Virus record (IMG/VR): IMGVR_UViG_3300045988_165036
Span: 70,153 to 134,152 of that record
DNA length: 64,000 nt
Strand: one strand, 5' to 3'
Source of the DNA: a virus
The first letter of the stretch is position 1, and every line of letters starts with the position of its first letter. Shown here one piece after another: positions 47,161 to 57,632 of the stretch. The translations under genes were made by a program, and so were the position numbers. The notes under the pieces are model-generated. The model was not told the DNA's origin. It saw nothing but the letters and a program-made list of their open reading frames with translations, and searched no databases.

Positions 47161-47237
47161 CGCCCGAGCACCGCCTTATAAAACTCAATAATGCCAATAA
47201 CAAGCACAACAACCATCAACGCTCCAAATCCGCTCAT
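47157..47237 (-). CDS. 26-aa hydrophobic peptide
   Basis: GGTGG RBS; MSGFGALMVVVLVIGIIEFYKAVLGR. Confidence 0.35.
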   Translation of the reverse strand: MSGFGALMVVVLVIGIIEFYKAVLGR

Positions 47238-47277
47238 CGCGCATTTCCACCTTTTTATTTTTTCTTTTTCTGATAAC

Positions 47278-47306
47278 AGTATAACACAAAACCTATTGTT
47301 TGTCAA
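47278..47306 (-). promoter_or_regulatory. sigmaA-type promoter TTGACA-17-TATACT with the -35 box in an AAAACCT/AGGTTTT hairpin
   Basis: Read on the minus strand. Confidence 0.6.
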
Positions 47307-47332
47307 GAGGTTTTGCGTTATTTTTAAAAAAA

Positions 47333-48181
47333 TTATGATTTTTTCTGCCGTTTTCTATTATAAAACCAATTCACAATTTTATTAATAGTTTCATAAATTC
47401 TATTCATCAACTTGTTTCTTGGCCTGCGTTTCAAAAGAGAGAAATCATCTTCTTGGTCTGTTGTACCCCACGCTTCGTTAATTTCGAAATCAAACGGCAA
47501 TGTAAAATATCCATCTCCTGCGTAAAAAATACCCCAAGAATTTTGAATAATCCAACCCTTTTCGTTCCACCCAACAATCAGAACACAATGCCTATCGGAG
47601 TTCTCCGCGTCTTGCGGATAAGAATATGTATCATTGGCAATGTATGCCTTCTTTTTGCAGGTCATCGATGCGACGACGGGTCCGTGATTCATCAGCGCGG
47701 TTTTAATTCCCTCGGGAGTTCTAACGCGATAATAAGAACCGATCCGATGCGGATATGCGAGTTCTCGATATTCCACCACCTTCTTATTGACATTCTTAAT
47801 TGCGTCTGCCGTGTTATGGTTCCCGGGGCAATCTGTATAATAGCAGTCTCCGTATTTTTGAATCGTCTTGAGCGCATCACGAATCGCCATACCATCTCCG
47901 ATATAATAACCGACATCCCGTGTTCCGTAAATAAATTCCGTGCTGAATTTGCGATACTTTCCGGTTTCGATTAAGTTATGATATTCAACAAGCGACGAAA
48001 TAGCGTGGGCAACACAAGTTGGTTTCATCCCCTGATTTTTAATGTTGACCTTTTTAGGAAGTTCAAATGTTTTGGGGAAATTTTGACTCGCAATAATCTG
48101 ATAGTCTCTTGCATCATACGGGCTTTCAATAACCTGTGTCTGTGAAAGCTCTCGATCAAGCGTCATTTCTTTTTCGAACAT
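47333..48181 (-). CDS. Papain-family (C1) cysteine peptidase
   Basis: NQGMKPTCVAHA (catalytic Cys), HCVLIVGW..IQNSWG (His/Asn region). Confidence 0.7.
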   Translation of the reverse strand: MFEKEMTLDRELSQTQVIESPYDARDYQIIASQNFPKTFELPKKVNIKNQGMKPTCVAHAISSLVEYHNLIETGKYRKFSTEFIYGTRDVGYYIGDGMAIRDALKTIQKYGDCYYTDCPGNHNTADAIKNVNKKVVEYRELAYPHRIGSYYRVRTPEGIKTALMNHGPVVASMTCKKKAYIANDTYSYPQDAENSDRHCVLIVGWNEKGWIIQNSWGIFYAGDGYFTLPFDFEINEAWGTTDQEDDFSLLKRRPRNKLMNRIYETINKIVNWFYNRKRQKKS

Positions 48182-48473
48182 TATTCCATATCCCTTTCTG
48201 TTTTATCTCTTTTGCTTTTTGTTCTCTTTCCATATTTCTGATAATTGTTTTTTCTTTGTCTGAATCGTCTGGAACTTCTGATACATCTTCCCCAGTCTCA
48301 CCACCGTATTTCTTTGCATCTATAAACATGGCATCGTCTATCCAATCAATATTTGCGTGAGAAACACCCTCGTTATTTGCTGTTTTTAAATAAAGTTTTA
48401 ATTCTTCATCGGATAAAACGACTGTTTTATTACTCTTCAATTGTGCTCGATAGTCTTTGAAACGGTTAGCCAT
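48156..48473 (-). CDS. Hypothetical protein
   Basis: ORF from the track. Confidence 0.45.
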   Translation of the reverse strand: MANRFKDYRAQLKSNKTVVLSDEELKLYLKTANNEGVSHANIDWIDDAMFIDAKKYGGETGEDVSEVPDDSDKEKTIIRNMEREQKAKEIKQKGIWNNVRKRNDA

Positions 48474-48478
48474 TGGGT

Positions 48479-49030
48479 TTAATTGTTCTCCTCTTTCGTT
48501 TGAAATTTTTTATTCAGTCCACACGGATTAAACTCCGTGCATAATCCGCCACGATATTGGCAAAGCGGAACGAGAAATCCATCAAGTTCTGGATTTGTTT
48601 CAATTGCCTTGCGACATATTTCTTTTACAACCTCTCTTGTTTCAGGAGATGCTTGTGCACAAAGTCTTTTGTGAGCAATTGTGATTAGTTCTTCTACATT
48701 CATATACCAACACATATCTACAGGCGCTCCTTGCGGGGCAAGATTTCTGTCAAAACTTTCCTGACGATCGTTGCGCTGTGTTTTTATAAACGGAGTTGCG
48801 TGAACGTGACGCACAAGATGTGTTGCCACCCACGACGGAATGTTTTTGATTCGAAAACAGAAATTAAGGGTTCTAATGGGGCTGTGTTGTGCCCCAATTA
48901 GTTTTCGTTTCCATTCCATTGTCGGTTCTTTATTCGAGTCTTTTCCGACAGTGACAAGCGTGCATTTTTTACACAACATCCAATCTTCCGCATCTGGATG
49001 CTTTAATACTTCTACTTCGAAATTTTCCAA
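48479..49030 (-). CDS. thyX: Divergent ThyX-family (flavin-dependent thymidylate synthase-like) protein
   Basis: HSPIRTLNFCFRIKNIPSWVATHLVRHVHAT..TQR aligns to ThyX [33 protein letters not shown]. RHR is RHV here, and the protein is short (183 aa). Confidence 0.55.
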   Translation of the reverse strand: MENFEVEVLKHPDAEDWMLCKKCTLVTVGKDSNKEPTMEWKRKLIGAQHSPIRTLNFCFRIKNIPSWVATHLVRHVHATPFIKTQRNDRQESFDRNLAPQGAPVDMCWYMNVEELITIAHKRLCAQASPETREVVKEICRKAIETNPELDGFLVPLCQYRGGLCTEFNPCGLNKKFQTKEENN

Positions 49031-49047
49031 TTTAATAAGCCTCGCTG

Positions 49048-49521
49048 TTAATTTCTATGAAATTTAGGGTTGTCGCGCTCATACGGCAACCGAGTATACC
49101 ACAATTCGTCTACAAGATTTGAAAATCTGTCTCTGTACATAATTTGGTCATACACATCGACCTTTGCCCGATCTCCAAAACATTGATTGCTAATATGTTT
49201 GTCTGCGAATCCAACCCAATCAAAATTTTTATCGTCTGTTACATCGAGAGAAGATGTTTCAGGATTGCGTCCTCCAATCCACGGAGAAAGGATAATTCGT
49301 CCTTCCTCCGTTTTGGAAACGATTAATTCCCACTCACACTTCGCCCAAAATCTATACTGAAACTCGCCTTTAAGCTTCTGAGAGAATTCCTCTTTACTTG
49401 CGCATTTCTTTTTTAGTCTTTTGATAAAATCTTCCTGATACTTTAAGACGTCATAGTTTTCGATTCTGTCTGCATTAAAATTATGATGTTTAACAAACAG
49501 GTTAAATTTATTCATCTTCAT
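49048..49521 (-). CDS. Hypothetical protein
   Basis: RBS before MKMNKFNLF. Confidence 0.5.
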   Translation of the reverse strand: MKMNKFNLFVKHHNFNADRIENYDVLKYQEDFIKRLKKKCASKEEFSQKLKGEFQYRFWAKCEWELIVSKTEEGRIILSPWIGGRNPETSSLDVTDDKNFDWVGFADKHISNQCFGDRAKVDVYDQIMYRDRFSNLVDELWYTRLPYERDNPKFHRN

Positions 49522-49981
49522 TTTCCTCTTCCGGACAATCATCTTCTAATTCGCAAGAATTGATTTCATAATAATTCTTTCCGACCACTACAAAATAATC
49601 ATTAATGTCATTTTCGTTTGATTGGAACACTGCGATAAAAGTATCTCCAGTTCCGTTATAACAATATCCGCAATTACTTCTAAGATATGTCTGAACCGTC
49701 TCATCAATCATATTGCGAATTTCTTCGTCTGGAAGTTTTACAGCTCCTTCAGATACACCAAACCGAAAATACTTTTTCGGAAATGCTTCTCCGGCAGAAA
49801 GCGGCTTATGAAATGCTTTGTCTTTAGTTTTGGGAAGCAACATTAACTGTTCTTCCCCACAGCAAGGACAACAATAGAGACTTTCGTCAGTTTCAATTTC
49901 TATCTCTGCTCCACAATTATTACAAACATAATAAACCATCTTTTTTTCTTCTTTTGGTTTTCCCTGTTTAATAATTCTCAT
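49508..49981 (-). CDS. Hypothetical Zn-ribbon protein
   Basis: GGAGGAAGGAG RBS; CNNCG..CPCCG. Confidence 0.5.
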   Translation of the reverse strand: MRIIKQGKPKEEKKMVYYVCNNCGAEIEIETDESLYCCPCCGEEQLMLLPKTKDKAFHKPLSAGEAFPKKYFRFGVSEGAVKLPDEEIRNMIDETVQTYLRSNCGYCYNGTGDTFIAVFQSNENDINDYFVVVGKNYYEINSCELEDDCPEEENEDE

Positions 49982-50038
49982 TTTCTTTTTCTTCTCCTTC
50001 CTCCAGAACCTCACCGGTTTCTGGATCAATAATCATTT

Positions 50039-51300
50039 GGTCAACAACCCACAAGCTAAGGCTTGATGGGCTTGTAGCTCGATACGACTTCGTTATTACA
50101 TTTAATGGTGTAATAATTTATTCGTAAGCATAAACTACCTATCAGGACATGAGCTTGCCCCTAAAATTCTTTTTCCCTCTGTTAAAATATTCTTTGCAGC
50201 ATTAACATCTCTGTCGTGTACTGTACCGCACTCTGGACAGGTCCATTCTCTAATCCACAGTGGTTTCCTTCCTGTAACACGCCCACAACACGAACAAATT
50301 TGCGAACTGGGAAACCATCTATCAATTTTCTGGACTGTTCGACCTTTATCTAATGCTTTATATTCTAACATATTTACAAATTCAGACCAGCCAACATCAG
50401 AAATGCTTAATGCTAAATGATGATTGTTCATAAGACCTTTTACATTCAAATCTTCTAAAGCTATCACTTGGTTCTCGTTTGTAAGCCTATAGGAAATTTT
50501 ATGTAAATAATCTTTTCTTTGGTTGGCGATATGCTGATGTAACTTAGCAACTTTTAATTTCTGATTATTATAATTATTGCTACCTCGCTCCATTTTACTT
50601 AGCTTTCTTTGTTTTCGTTTCAACTTCGGCAATTCTTTTTTCAAAGATTGTAATGCCGGAAACTTCTCACCATCAGAACAAATAACCAAGTCTTTTAACC
50701 CCAAATCAATACCGACTTCCTTATTTACTGGCTCTAATTTTTCTGTTATTTCTTCATCCTTCCATAGAATAGCAATATAAAATTCACCAGTGGGCGTCAT
50801 AGAAATAGTACATAATTTTGCAGTCCCAGTTTTATGGCGATGATTAACAATCTTTACATATCCCAGTTTTGGCAACTTAATGTTATTTTCTGTAACTGGA
50901 TAACCAAAAGAAGTCATGGTTTTATAACTATTTTTAAGCTTCTTTTTACTTTTATACTTTGGAAATCCAATATTTTTTTCTTTGAAAAATTTAAAAAATG
51001 CAGATTGCAAATCCATCTGAGTAAAACACAATGCCATAGAGTCAACTTCTTTTAACCATTCAAATTCTTTTTTATAAAAAGCAGGAGTATTAATTTTGCT
51101 CTTTTGATATTTTTTATAATATTTAATATTATCATATAACGCTTGATTCCAATACCATCTACAACAACCAAAAGTTTTAATTATGATCTGCTTTTGTTCA
51201 TCAGCGGGGTAACATCTTATTTTGTATGCCTTAATAATTTTTACCTCCTAATATAACATTCTATTTTTTGCAATTCCTCCCATCGGCTAAAGCCAATGGG
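50039..51300 (-). mobile_element. IS200/IS605-type TnpB-only element (copy 3). Ends are inferred.
   Basis: Left-end hairpin CCCATTGGCtttaGCCGATGGG starts right after the upstream stop codon. Right-end hairpin CCCATCAAGCcttaGCTTGTGGG followed by TTGTTGACC. Confidence 0.5.
50135..51238 (-). CDS. tnpB: TnpB RNA-guided nuclease, copy 3. No canonical start; ATT ATT lies at the expected position after GGAGG.
   Basis: (I)[22 protein letters not shown] upstream of the track's internal Met. [24 protein letters not shown]; CSCCG..CPECG. Confidence 0.8.
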   Translation of the reverse strand: MIKAYKIRCYPADEQKQIIIKTFGCCRWYWNQALYDNIKYYKKYQKSKINTPAFYKKEFEWLKEVDSMALCFTQMDLQSAFFKFFKEKNIGFPKYKSKKKLKNSYKTMTSFGYPVTENNIKLPKLGYVKIVNHRHKTGTAKLCTISMTPTGEFYIAILWKDEEITEKLEPVNKEVGIDLGLKDLVICSDGEKFPALQSLKKELPKLKRKQRKLSKMERGSNNYNNQKLKVAKLHQHIANQRKDYLHKISYRLTNENQVIALEDLNVKGLMNNHHLALSISDVGWSEFVNMLEYKALDKGRTVQKIDRWFPSSQICSCCGRVTGRKPLWIREWTCPECGTVHDRDVNAAKNILTEGKRILGASSCPDR

Positions 51301-51301
51301 A

Positions 51302-52437
51302 TTACTCGTCAAACTTCTTTTGAACCTGTTTCGGAATCTTTTTCAACTTAAATCGTCTTCCAAGATATTCTTCTCCGTCCGCGCACTCAACCGGCGCATA
51401 TGCGTCCTTTTCTTCAATAACATCTAAAATCTGTTCGTCAAGCAAACTCCAAGCAAAGTCCCAGTTGAATTTTGAATAACTCTGCGAAAGTGCTTTAATG
51501 TATGTCAATGCGTCCATCGAAGCCATTTCAAGTTCATCATATTCGGTACGAAGTTCATCTCGAATCGAATCAAGAATTTCCATTCGAATTTCGTCTGCTT
51601 GTTCTTCGCCAGAATTGTTAAAAATCTGATTGACAATTGTGATTGCTTTTTTGTCATTGAATTTCCGATACATATCTCGGAATTTGCCAAGAATCTCCGG
51701 GTCGAACTTATACTCATCAAGATCATAATACGGAAGTAGGCTGACGCAATTTTTGTTGTACTGTATGTCAAAATCCGTATCTTCAACCATATGGCACAAA
51801 ATGTTCATCGTACAATTCGTGTTTAAAACCGGGGAAAATTGATGATAATTTCTGATAAAATTTTTCTCTTCTGGCGTTTTGTTCTCTTTTGTCAGAAGTT
51901 TCTTTAATCTCGTCCGATATGTGCATTTTGCGATTTCGTCGTATCTCTTTTCGTGTGTTTTATACGAAGTATTCAATTCTGGATATAAATATCTAAAGAA
52001 ATACGGTTTCTTGTTAATAACAAGGGAGTTATGATATCTCTTTGCTTTAATTACATCCTCCGGGTCATCTTTTTCAACCTTCTGTGTGCGAAGCCATTCG
52101 TCTTTCGGAGGGCCTTTTGCTTCAACGCCCTTAATTCGGTCGATTTCCTGTCCGTTGATTTCGCGAAGAAGCTTTTTACGCAACTCTATTTCATCTCGCT
52201 GACGTTTTTGGTCTGGTCTCTGGAACAATGGAAGCATTGCTTCAAGCTGCGTGGAATAATTGCTATATGTTCCGACCTTCGTTCCAAATCCACGCAAGTC
52301 TGTTTTTACGAATTCACGGTGGCAGATTTTGTGAACAGGAGCCGATTTTTTGTCGTAGCTAATTGGATTTGTCACATCTTTCATCGAACCTTTTAGGAGA
52401 ATTTCGTTGTCTGATGACATTACTAGGTCCCCATCGA
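51302..52437 (-). CDS. YonO-like / RdRP-fold single-subunit RNA polymerase, exon 2
   Basis: Begins ..(F)DGDLVMSSDNE. In frame with exon 1 after intron removal. Confidence 0.6.
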
Positions 52438-52692
52438 CTGTTATACCCTCGGTTTCCCGATATTTATTAGGGGAGTAGACTATACGATCATCGTTGATAT
52501 TATCTCGGATGCCTTTGGTAGTCGTTGAGAGCTATGGCTTTTCATATCTCTGCGGATTGTCCAATCCAAAACGTTTTTACTTGATCAAATTGGCGTTATC
52601 CAATCTTTAAGTAGTTTTGGCTCTAAGGAGTTTCCCGCATATTCAGGATTTTTATTACGCATCACTACGTAAGCGACCTCGACGTTTTCTTA
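52438..52692 (-). mobile_element. Group I intron (255 nt, no ORF) in the RNA polymerase catalytic motif
   Basis: Exon GCGATT pairs with intron GGTCGC (U.G at the splice site). The last base is G. Core strings CTCAACGACTA and GATCGTATAGTCT are present. Splicing yields SDSDFDGD. Confidence 0.65.
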
Positions 52693-54346
52693 AATCGCTG
52701 TCCGAATGTCTTAATGTGCTCAAATCATAAATCGAATAAATTATTCCGCTTTCAATCCATTTATACCATTTATCCGCTTCGCTACTTTTATATAACTTAC
52801 AATGATTGACTTCGTGTTTGTCCAGAAGCGGGGACCGACATAACACAATGTCTTTTTCAGGATCATATCTCTTGTTCCAGAAATTTGAATAAATATATTC
52901 TCCAGGAACCTCGCCTTTTGGATCAAGTCCCAACGCACTTCGACACTGTGCAATTGGATCTGAAATCATAAACGAATAATTGCCTCTAACCCAAATCTTT
53001 CCAATCTTTGCTTGAATAATACTTCGAATCAAGTTACGATAGATCTTTCGTTGAACATATGTGTCTTTTAGAAAGTCTGTATTTTTTACGACAGCCTTCA
53101 TTGCGAGGCTTTGCGCTCTCGTATAAACATCGTTATACTCAATCTGATAATTTTCTGAAAATCCCCCAAGCGAATACAGCATCGCATATAACGGATCTCC
53201 GGAGCAAACCTTCTTAATCCAATCAATTGTTGGTTGAACAAGGTTTTTAATGTCATCTTTATCGATATTCAAAACCTGAATTATCTGATAATTCGCAAGA
53301 ACCCATTCATCATCAAACTTTCGGTTATATCTCGAAACGCCCCAACCAATTTGTGCCATTTCGATATATTCAGAATAATCTTCCCAGCTTGAATAATACT
53401 TATGCATCTTGAACTGTGATTCTGAAAGAAGAACATCGATTTCGTCAACTTTATATGGATGCCCCCATTTGTCATAAATATATTCAATTCCATTTTCTTT
53501 CGCATATGCGTGAAAATCGAACGGGACAAGGTTTCCTTTAACGAATATTGAACGAACGACATATGAACTTGCAACATATCCAAGATTCATTTCCTGTGAC
53601 CATTTTTGCGCCATTTCCGGAGAAACGAGTCCTTGCCCATCACAAGAATTCATAGTGATATCGAGAATTCTTTCTTCAACCTTCTTCTTTCCATTTTCGT
53701 CCGTTGTGATCCAGTCCAACTTTTGGTTTGGAACTATTGTGAAAAAGTCTTTAATGACACAAACGCGCGGAGTTGAGACCCACAAAATTGATGATGTAGA
53801 AAGAGCAAAATATGCTGAAAGTTTAGCAAGATTGAACTCTTTAACGCGATTGTTGAAATCACACATTAATCTATTAGTTAATTCTTCTGCGATTTCGGCA
53901 TTAACCATTAAAACACAATTATGTCTAATTTGTCCAGCAGATGCACTAAATCGAACATATCGGATTCCATTAACATAAAAGCCGGATTTTGAAATTCTTT
54001 TATATTCTTCTTTCTTTTTTACTTCAACAACAACGAAGTCTTTAACAAATAGTGTATTTAGGATTGCTTGCCAAAATATTTTAGCTTCTTTACTTCGTCC
54101 CTTTTTTTTTGCTCTATGGAGAGAGTTTCGAAGAAATTGAATATTTGAAAAAATTTCTTTGTAATTTCTGTTGTCGCCACGAATTTTTCGTGCTTGGTCA
54201 AACGCAATATTATCTCCGCAAGAAACTAAGCATCCTTCTTGCGCCGCTCGGCGTGGAGTATAATCTTTAATATCTAAATTATTTTCGCAAATAAATGCGG
54301 AAGAGAGCTTGTAAATCTGATACAAATTCTGTTCTCTAATTGGCAT
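52693..54346 (-). CDS. YonO-like / RdRP-fold single-subunit RNA polymerase, exon 1
   Basis: VLCRSPLLDKHEV (compare beta-prime NRAPTLH) and ..LRHSDSD|F at the exon end. The track ORF continues into the intron for 12 codons. Confidence 0.6.
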
Positions 54347-54885
54347 TATTCCACCTCTAATTGAAATGCTTGTTTTACCTTTTCTCTTAAGTCGTCAAGA
54401 GAGCCATTGTTAATAATTATTTCATCATATTCAAAAAATGTATTCATTTCTGTTTCTGAAATATGTGATTTTTGTTCCGGAGTAAGTCCGTTGTCAAAAT
54501 TCGGTCTTTCGATACGAATATTTTTATAGTCAAAATCCAGAAATCCAAGAGCCTCATTCTTATAACGACAATCTGGAATTAACATATATTCTTCTGAACA
54601 TCCAAAAGCAATCTGTCGAGCAATATTAACCCAGCATTGCGGATTGTTCTGCCGATAATATGTTCCGACGCTTTGAAGAATCGTTCTTCCAATTGGTTCT
54701 TTGTCGCCTTTAATCCAATTATATGAATTTTCACACAACGACTTAAGAGCATCGGCAAAATGATATACAAGAACCGTCTTTCCTGCTTTTTCCAATTCTT
54801 CTTTCAAGAATGTCGCACTTTGATCTTTTCCGTGTCTCGCGAATCCTGAAAACAAAATAATTTTAGTCGATTTCACAGTTAGCAC
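54346..54885 (-). CDS. dNMP kinase-like P-loop protein
   Basis: ILFSGFARHGKD P-loop; size about 180 aa; nucleotide-metabolism neighbours. Confidence 0.5.
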   Translation of the reverse strand: MLTVKSTKIILFSGFARHGKDQSATFLKEELEKAGKTVLVYHFADALKSLCENSYNWIKGDKEPIGRTILQSVGTYYRQNNPQCWVNIARQIAFGCSEEYMLIPDCRYKNEALGFLDFDYKNIRIERPNFDNGLTPEQKSHISETEMNTFFEYDEIIINNGSLDDLREKVKQAFQLEVE

Positions 54886-55511
54886 CTCTCCATAAACACA
54901 TCTGAATTTTTAAGAGCAAACTCTAAAGTTTCGATTATCTCTTTCCAGCTATTCATTATATAAAGAGGCTCGCTCGTCATGTCTGTTCGATTCCAATAAA
55001 AGTCTCGATTATTTTTAAATAAAATTTTTATATTCGCGTTGCTCCCAATCAAACAATCTGTTCGATCATCAATCTGAATTCCATAATCCATATCGATATG
55101 AGATTTATCGAAGTTCTGTTTTTCCTTTGAATCAAATCTGCAGCCAACAACTTTCGCTTTTGGAAGATGTTCTTTAAAATATTTTTGTTTATGTTCAATA
55201 TTAGATTTATGTCCTTTTGTTACAATATTCCATTCAAAATCATTTTCGTGTTTAAGATAAAAATTTTCAAAATCTGGATTAACTTTTACGGTATTAAAAA
55301 ATTCTTCCGAGTCATATATTTCAACTATTCTTTCGTTTGTCATATACGGGAACAAAGACCGATATTTCCAATCTCGAAGCTCCTCGTGTGTTTTAGGTGG
55401 ATTGATATTGTCTTGTCGATTAACAATATCAATAAAAGCTTTTGATGATTCTAAAATTGTATCATCAGCGTCTATGAAAAGCTTAATTTTCCTCTGTTGA
55501 ATATTATTCAT
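54879..55511 (-). CDS. HAD-family 5'(3')-deoxyribonucleotidase
   Basis: FIDADDTI (DxDxT) at the N-terminus; ..IDDR near the C-terminus. Confidence 0.6.
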   Translation of the reverse strand: MNNIQQRKIKLFIDADDTILESSKAFIDIVNRQDNINPPKTHEELRDWKYRSLFPYMTNERIVEIYDSEEFFNTVKVNPDFENFYLKHENDFEWNIVTKGHKSNIEHKQKYFKEHLPKAKVVGCRFDSKEKQNFDKSHIDMDYGIQIDDRTDCLIGSNANIKILFKNNRDFYWNRTDMTSEPLYIMNSWKEIIETLEFALKNSDVFMERC

Positions 55512-55605
55512 ATAAATTAGCTGAAGTATGTAACTGAAAACATTGCATCAATAATCCTCCTGTTTTATTGTTTAGAGAATTCTGACATTCTCTTTTCTTG
55601 ACTAT

Positions 55606-55634
55606 ATTATATCATAAATTTATGCTTTTGTCAA
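55606..55634 (-). promoter_or_regulatory. sigmaA-type promoter TTGACA-17-TATAAT for the minus block
   Basis: Read on the minus strand. Confidence 0.55.
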
Positions 55635-55778
55635 GTGTATTTTATAAATTTTTTATTTTTTTTAAAATCATAAATTTTTTATAAAAATGAAAATAAATAA
55701 GATAAGTAAAAATAAAAATATCAGAATAAGGATTATGATGTTCATAATATGTTTACAAAATTTTTTTTAAGATATGTA

Positions 55779-55807
55779 TTGACAAAATGATTTTTTTGGT
55801 GTATAAT
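55779..55807 (+). promoter_or_regulatory. sigmaA-type promoter TTGACA-17-TATAAT with no ORF downstream for about 200 nt
   Basis: Read directly. Confidence 0.5.
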
Positions 55808-55978
55808 AGGGGTGGTTGGGCGGGAATAGATAATAAGAATAAGTATATAATATAATATATATAATACTTGATATTAGTGATATATAGATACTAGTAATAA
55901 ATATTAATAATATATAATAACGTGCGCGTATACAATAAGAAGTAGGAAAAATAAAAACAAAGAAATTTCTAAAACCTC

Positions 55979-56006
55979 TTGACAAAATGGGTTTTTATGG
56001 TATACT
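55979..56006 (+). promoter_or_regulatory. sigmaA-type promoter TTGACA-16-TATACT with an AAAACC/GGTTTT hairpin around the -35 box
   Basis: Read directly. Confidence 0.55.
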
Positions 56007-56040
56007 GTATATGAGTAAAAAGACGATTGGAGGATTGTTG

Positions 56041-56595
56041 GTGAAAAATAAAGAAATCAAGGCAGTTTATGATTCGTTTATAAAAGACGGAACGGAAACA
56101 ACGGAGGAGCTCGAAGATTCTTTCCTGCCATCTGTGAAAAATAAAGACGCAAAAAGAAAACTTCTTGGGAAGATGAAAGAGATTTGGCTTGAGAAAATTC
56201 AAAATCAATTGCTTGACGAGCTCATGATATCGTTTTACGATCTTGAAATTGAGTTTTTGAAGTCGATGCCGAACGAAAAGATAAAAAGATTATTTTATTC
56301 ATTACTTTGCTTCGAAAAACTTTACTGGAATGAGTCGGGATGGATTCGTTTTGAGATTGATGAGCTTGCGGAGTTGAGCGGGTTAAAAACCTTGAAGTGC
56401 GAAGATTTTTCCGACTTGGTTCCGTTCGGATTAAAGATGCGAGTAATTGGGAGCAAGAATGCTGTCTCGACATATTATTCAATTGGCTGGACGACAGAGA
56501 AACAAACTGGGAAACATCGAGAAAAGAAGGTTGTGGATGTTTTGGGGATTGAGTGTGCGAAGAAGTTTTGGGAGGTTGTGAATGGAACTCGTTGA
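56041..56595 (+). CDS. Hypothetical protein (GTG start after GGAGG; ATG 56011 is the alternative)
   Basis: ORF from the track. Confidence 0.5.
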   Translation: MKNKEIKAVYDSFIKDGTETTEELEDSFLPSVKNKDAKRKLLGKMKEIWLEKIQNQLLDELMISFYDLEIEFLKSMPNEKIKRLFYSLLCFEKLYWNESGWIRFEIDELAELSGLKTLKCEDFSDLVPFGLKMRVIGSKNAVSTYYSIGWTTEKQTGKHREKKVVDVLGIECAKKFWEVVNGTR

Positions 56596-57376
56596 TAGAG
56601 AAAAAGCCTGTCAGGAAATTCTTGCGACAAGAAGATATATCGAAGGACCTCTTGAAAACACGCAAGACAACTGGATCCTCCAATATTTAAAAGGGCGACT
56701 TCACAAAAATATGAACGAATCGTATGAGATATGGAAAGAAATTTTTGAATCGAAACACGGAGAAGATTCTAACGGCTGGATGGGCGAATTTATGAGTCGT
56801 TGGGATCGGTTGGATTGTTTGCCGATTTCATCTGTAAAAAATAAAAAAATTTATCAAAGAGAAATAGATCTTATCAACTCTTGTCAACTAAAGACAATTT
56901 GGCAAAAGCAGGTCTTGTTGGTTGCGATTTGTTATTTTAAGTTTAGTGGAGAAAAAGCAATATCCGATTTCCCAATGGGGAGTTTTGGAAAATATGTTAA
57001 GGACGCCCCTTCGTATATAACCGAAAATATGGCGTGGGAAATTCTTCAAGAATCTGTGCGTGTTGGATTATTCAAGTGTTCAGAAAAAAAGCAATGGGAT
57101 TATATGAACGGCGGATATTACGAATTGAGAGTATATGAATTTCAAGATCGGAAATACGCAGACGATATTGTTTCTTTTGAAATTTGGAACGCATACGATG
57201 TTTCGAAATATTCCGGATGGTTTGATACCACTTTAATTTGTCAAAAGTGTGGGAAAAGATTTGTTGGCAACTGTAGAACGAAACGGTTTATTTGTAAAGA
57301 TTGTTGGAAAGAAGATCTTAAAATAAGAAATAAAACGATAAAAAAAAGGTCGCGTCACAAGGAAGTCGAAAATTGA
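56582..57376 (+). CDS. Hypothetical protein with a C-terminal Zn-ribbon
   Basis: CQKCG..CKDC. Confidence 0.5.
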   Translation: MELVDREKACQEILATRRYIEGPLENTQDNWILQYLKGRLHKNMNESYEIWKEIFESKHGEDSNGWMGEFMSRWDRLDCLPISSVKNKKIYQREIDLINSCQLKTIWQKQVLLVAICYFKFSGEKAISDFPMGSFGKYVKDAPSYITENMAWEILQESVRVGLFKCSEKKQWDYMNGGYYELRVYEFQDRKYADDIVSFEIWNAYDVSKYSGWFDTTLICQKCGKRFVGNCRTKRFICKDCWKEDLKIRNKTIKKRSRHKEVEN

Positions 57377-57556
57377 CATTCTTGAAAACGGCTAAAAAGT
57401 ATGATTTTTGGCTGGTTTTAAAGAATGTCACAAGGAATTCGTTGTTTCCTCTATGAGAAGAAGAATAATAAAAAAAATAAATAAAAGCTGAATTTTAGTT
57501 ACCAGAACGAGCAATCGTTCGCAGGGGCGGCGTTACGACGTCGCCCCTTACCCTAT

Positions 57557-57632
57557 GCCTTTTTAGTTCAGTTGGTGGAACGTTTGACTGTTAATCAAAA
57601 TGTCGTTGGTTCGAGTCCAGCAAAAGGCGCCA
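57557..57632 (+). tRNA. tRNA-Asn (anticodon GUU), CCA encoded
   Basis: Canonical 76-nt cloverleaf folded by hand: GCCTTTT/AAAAGGC, GTTC..GAAC, TTTGA-CTGTTAA-TCAAA, GTTGG-TTCGAGT-CCAGC. Confidence 0.85.
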
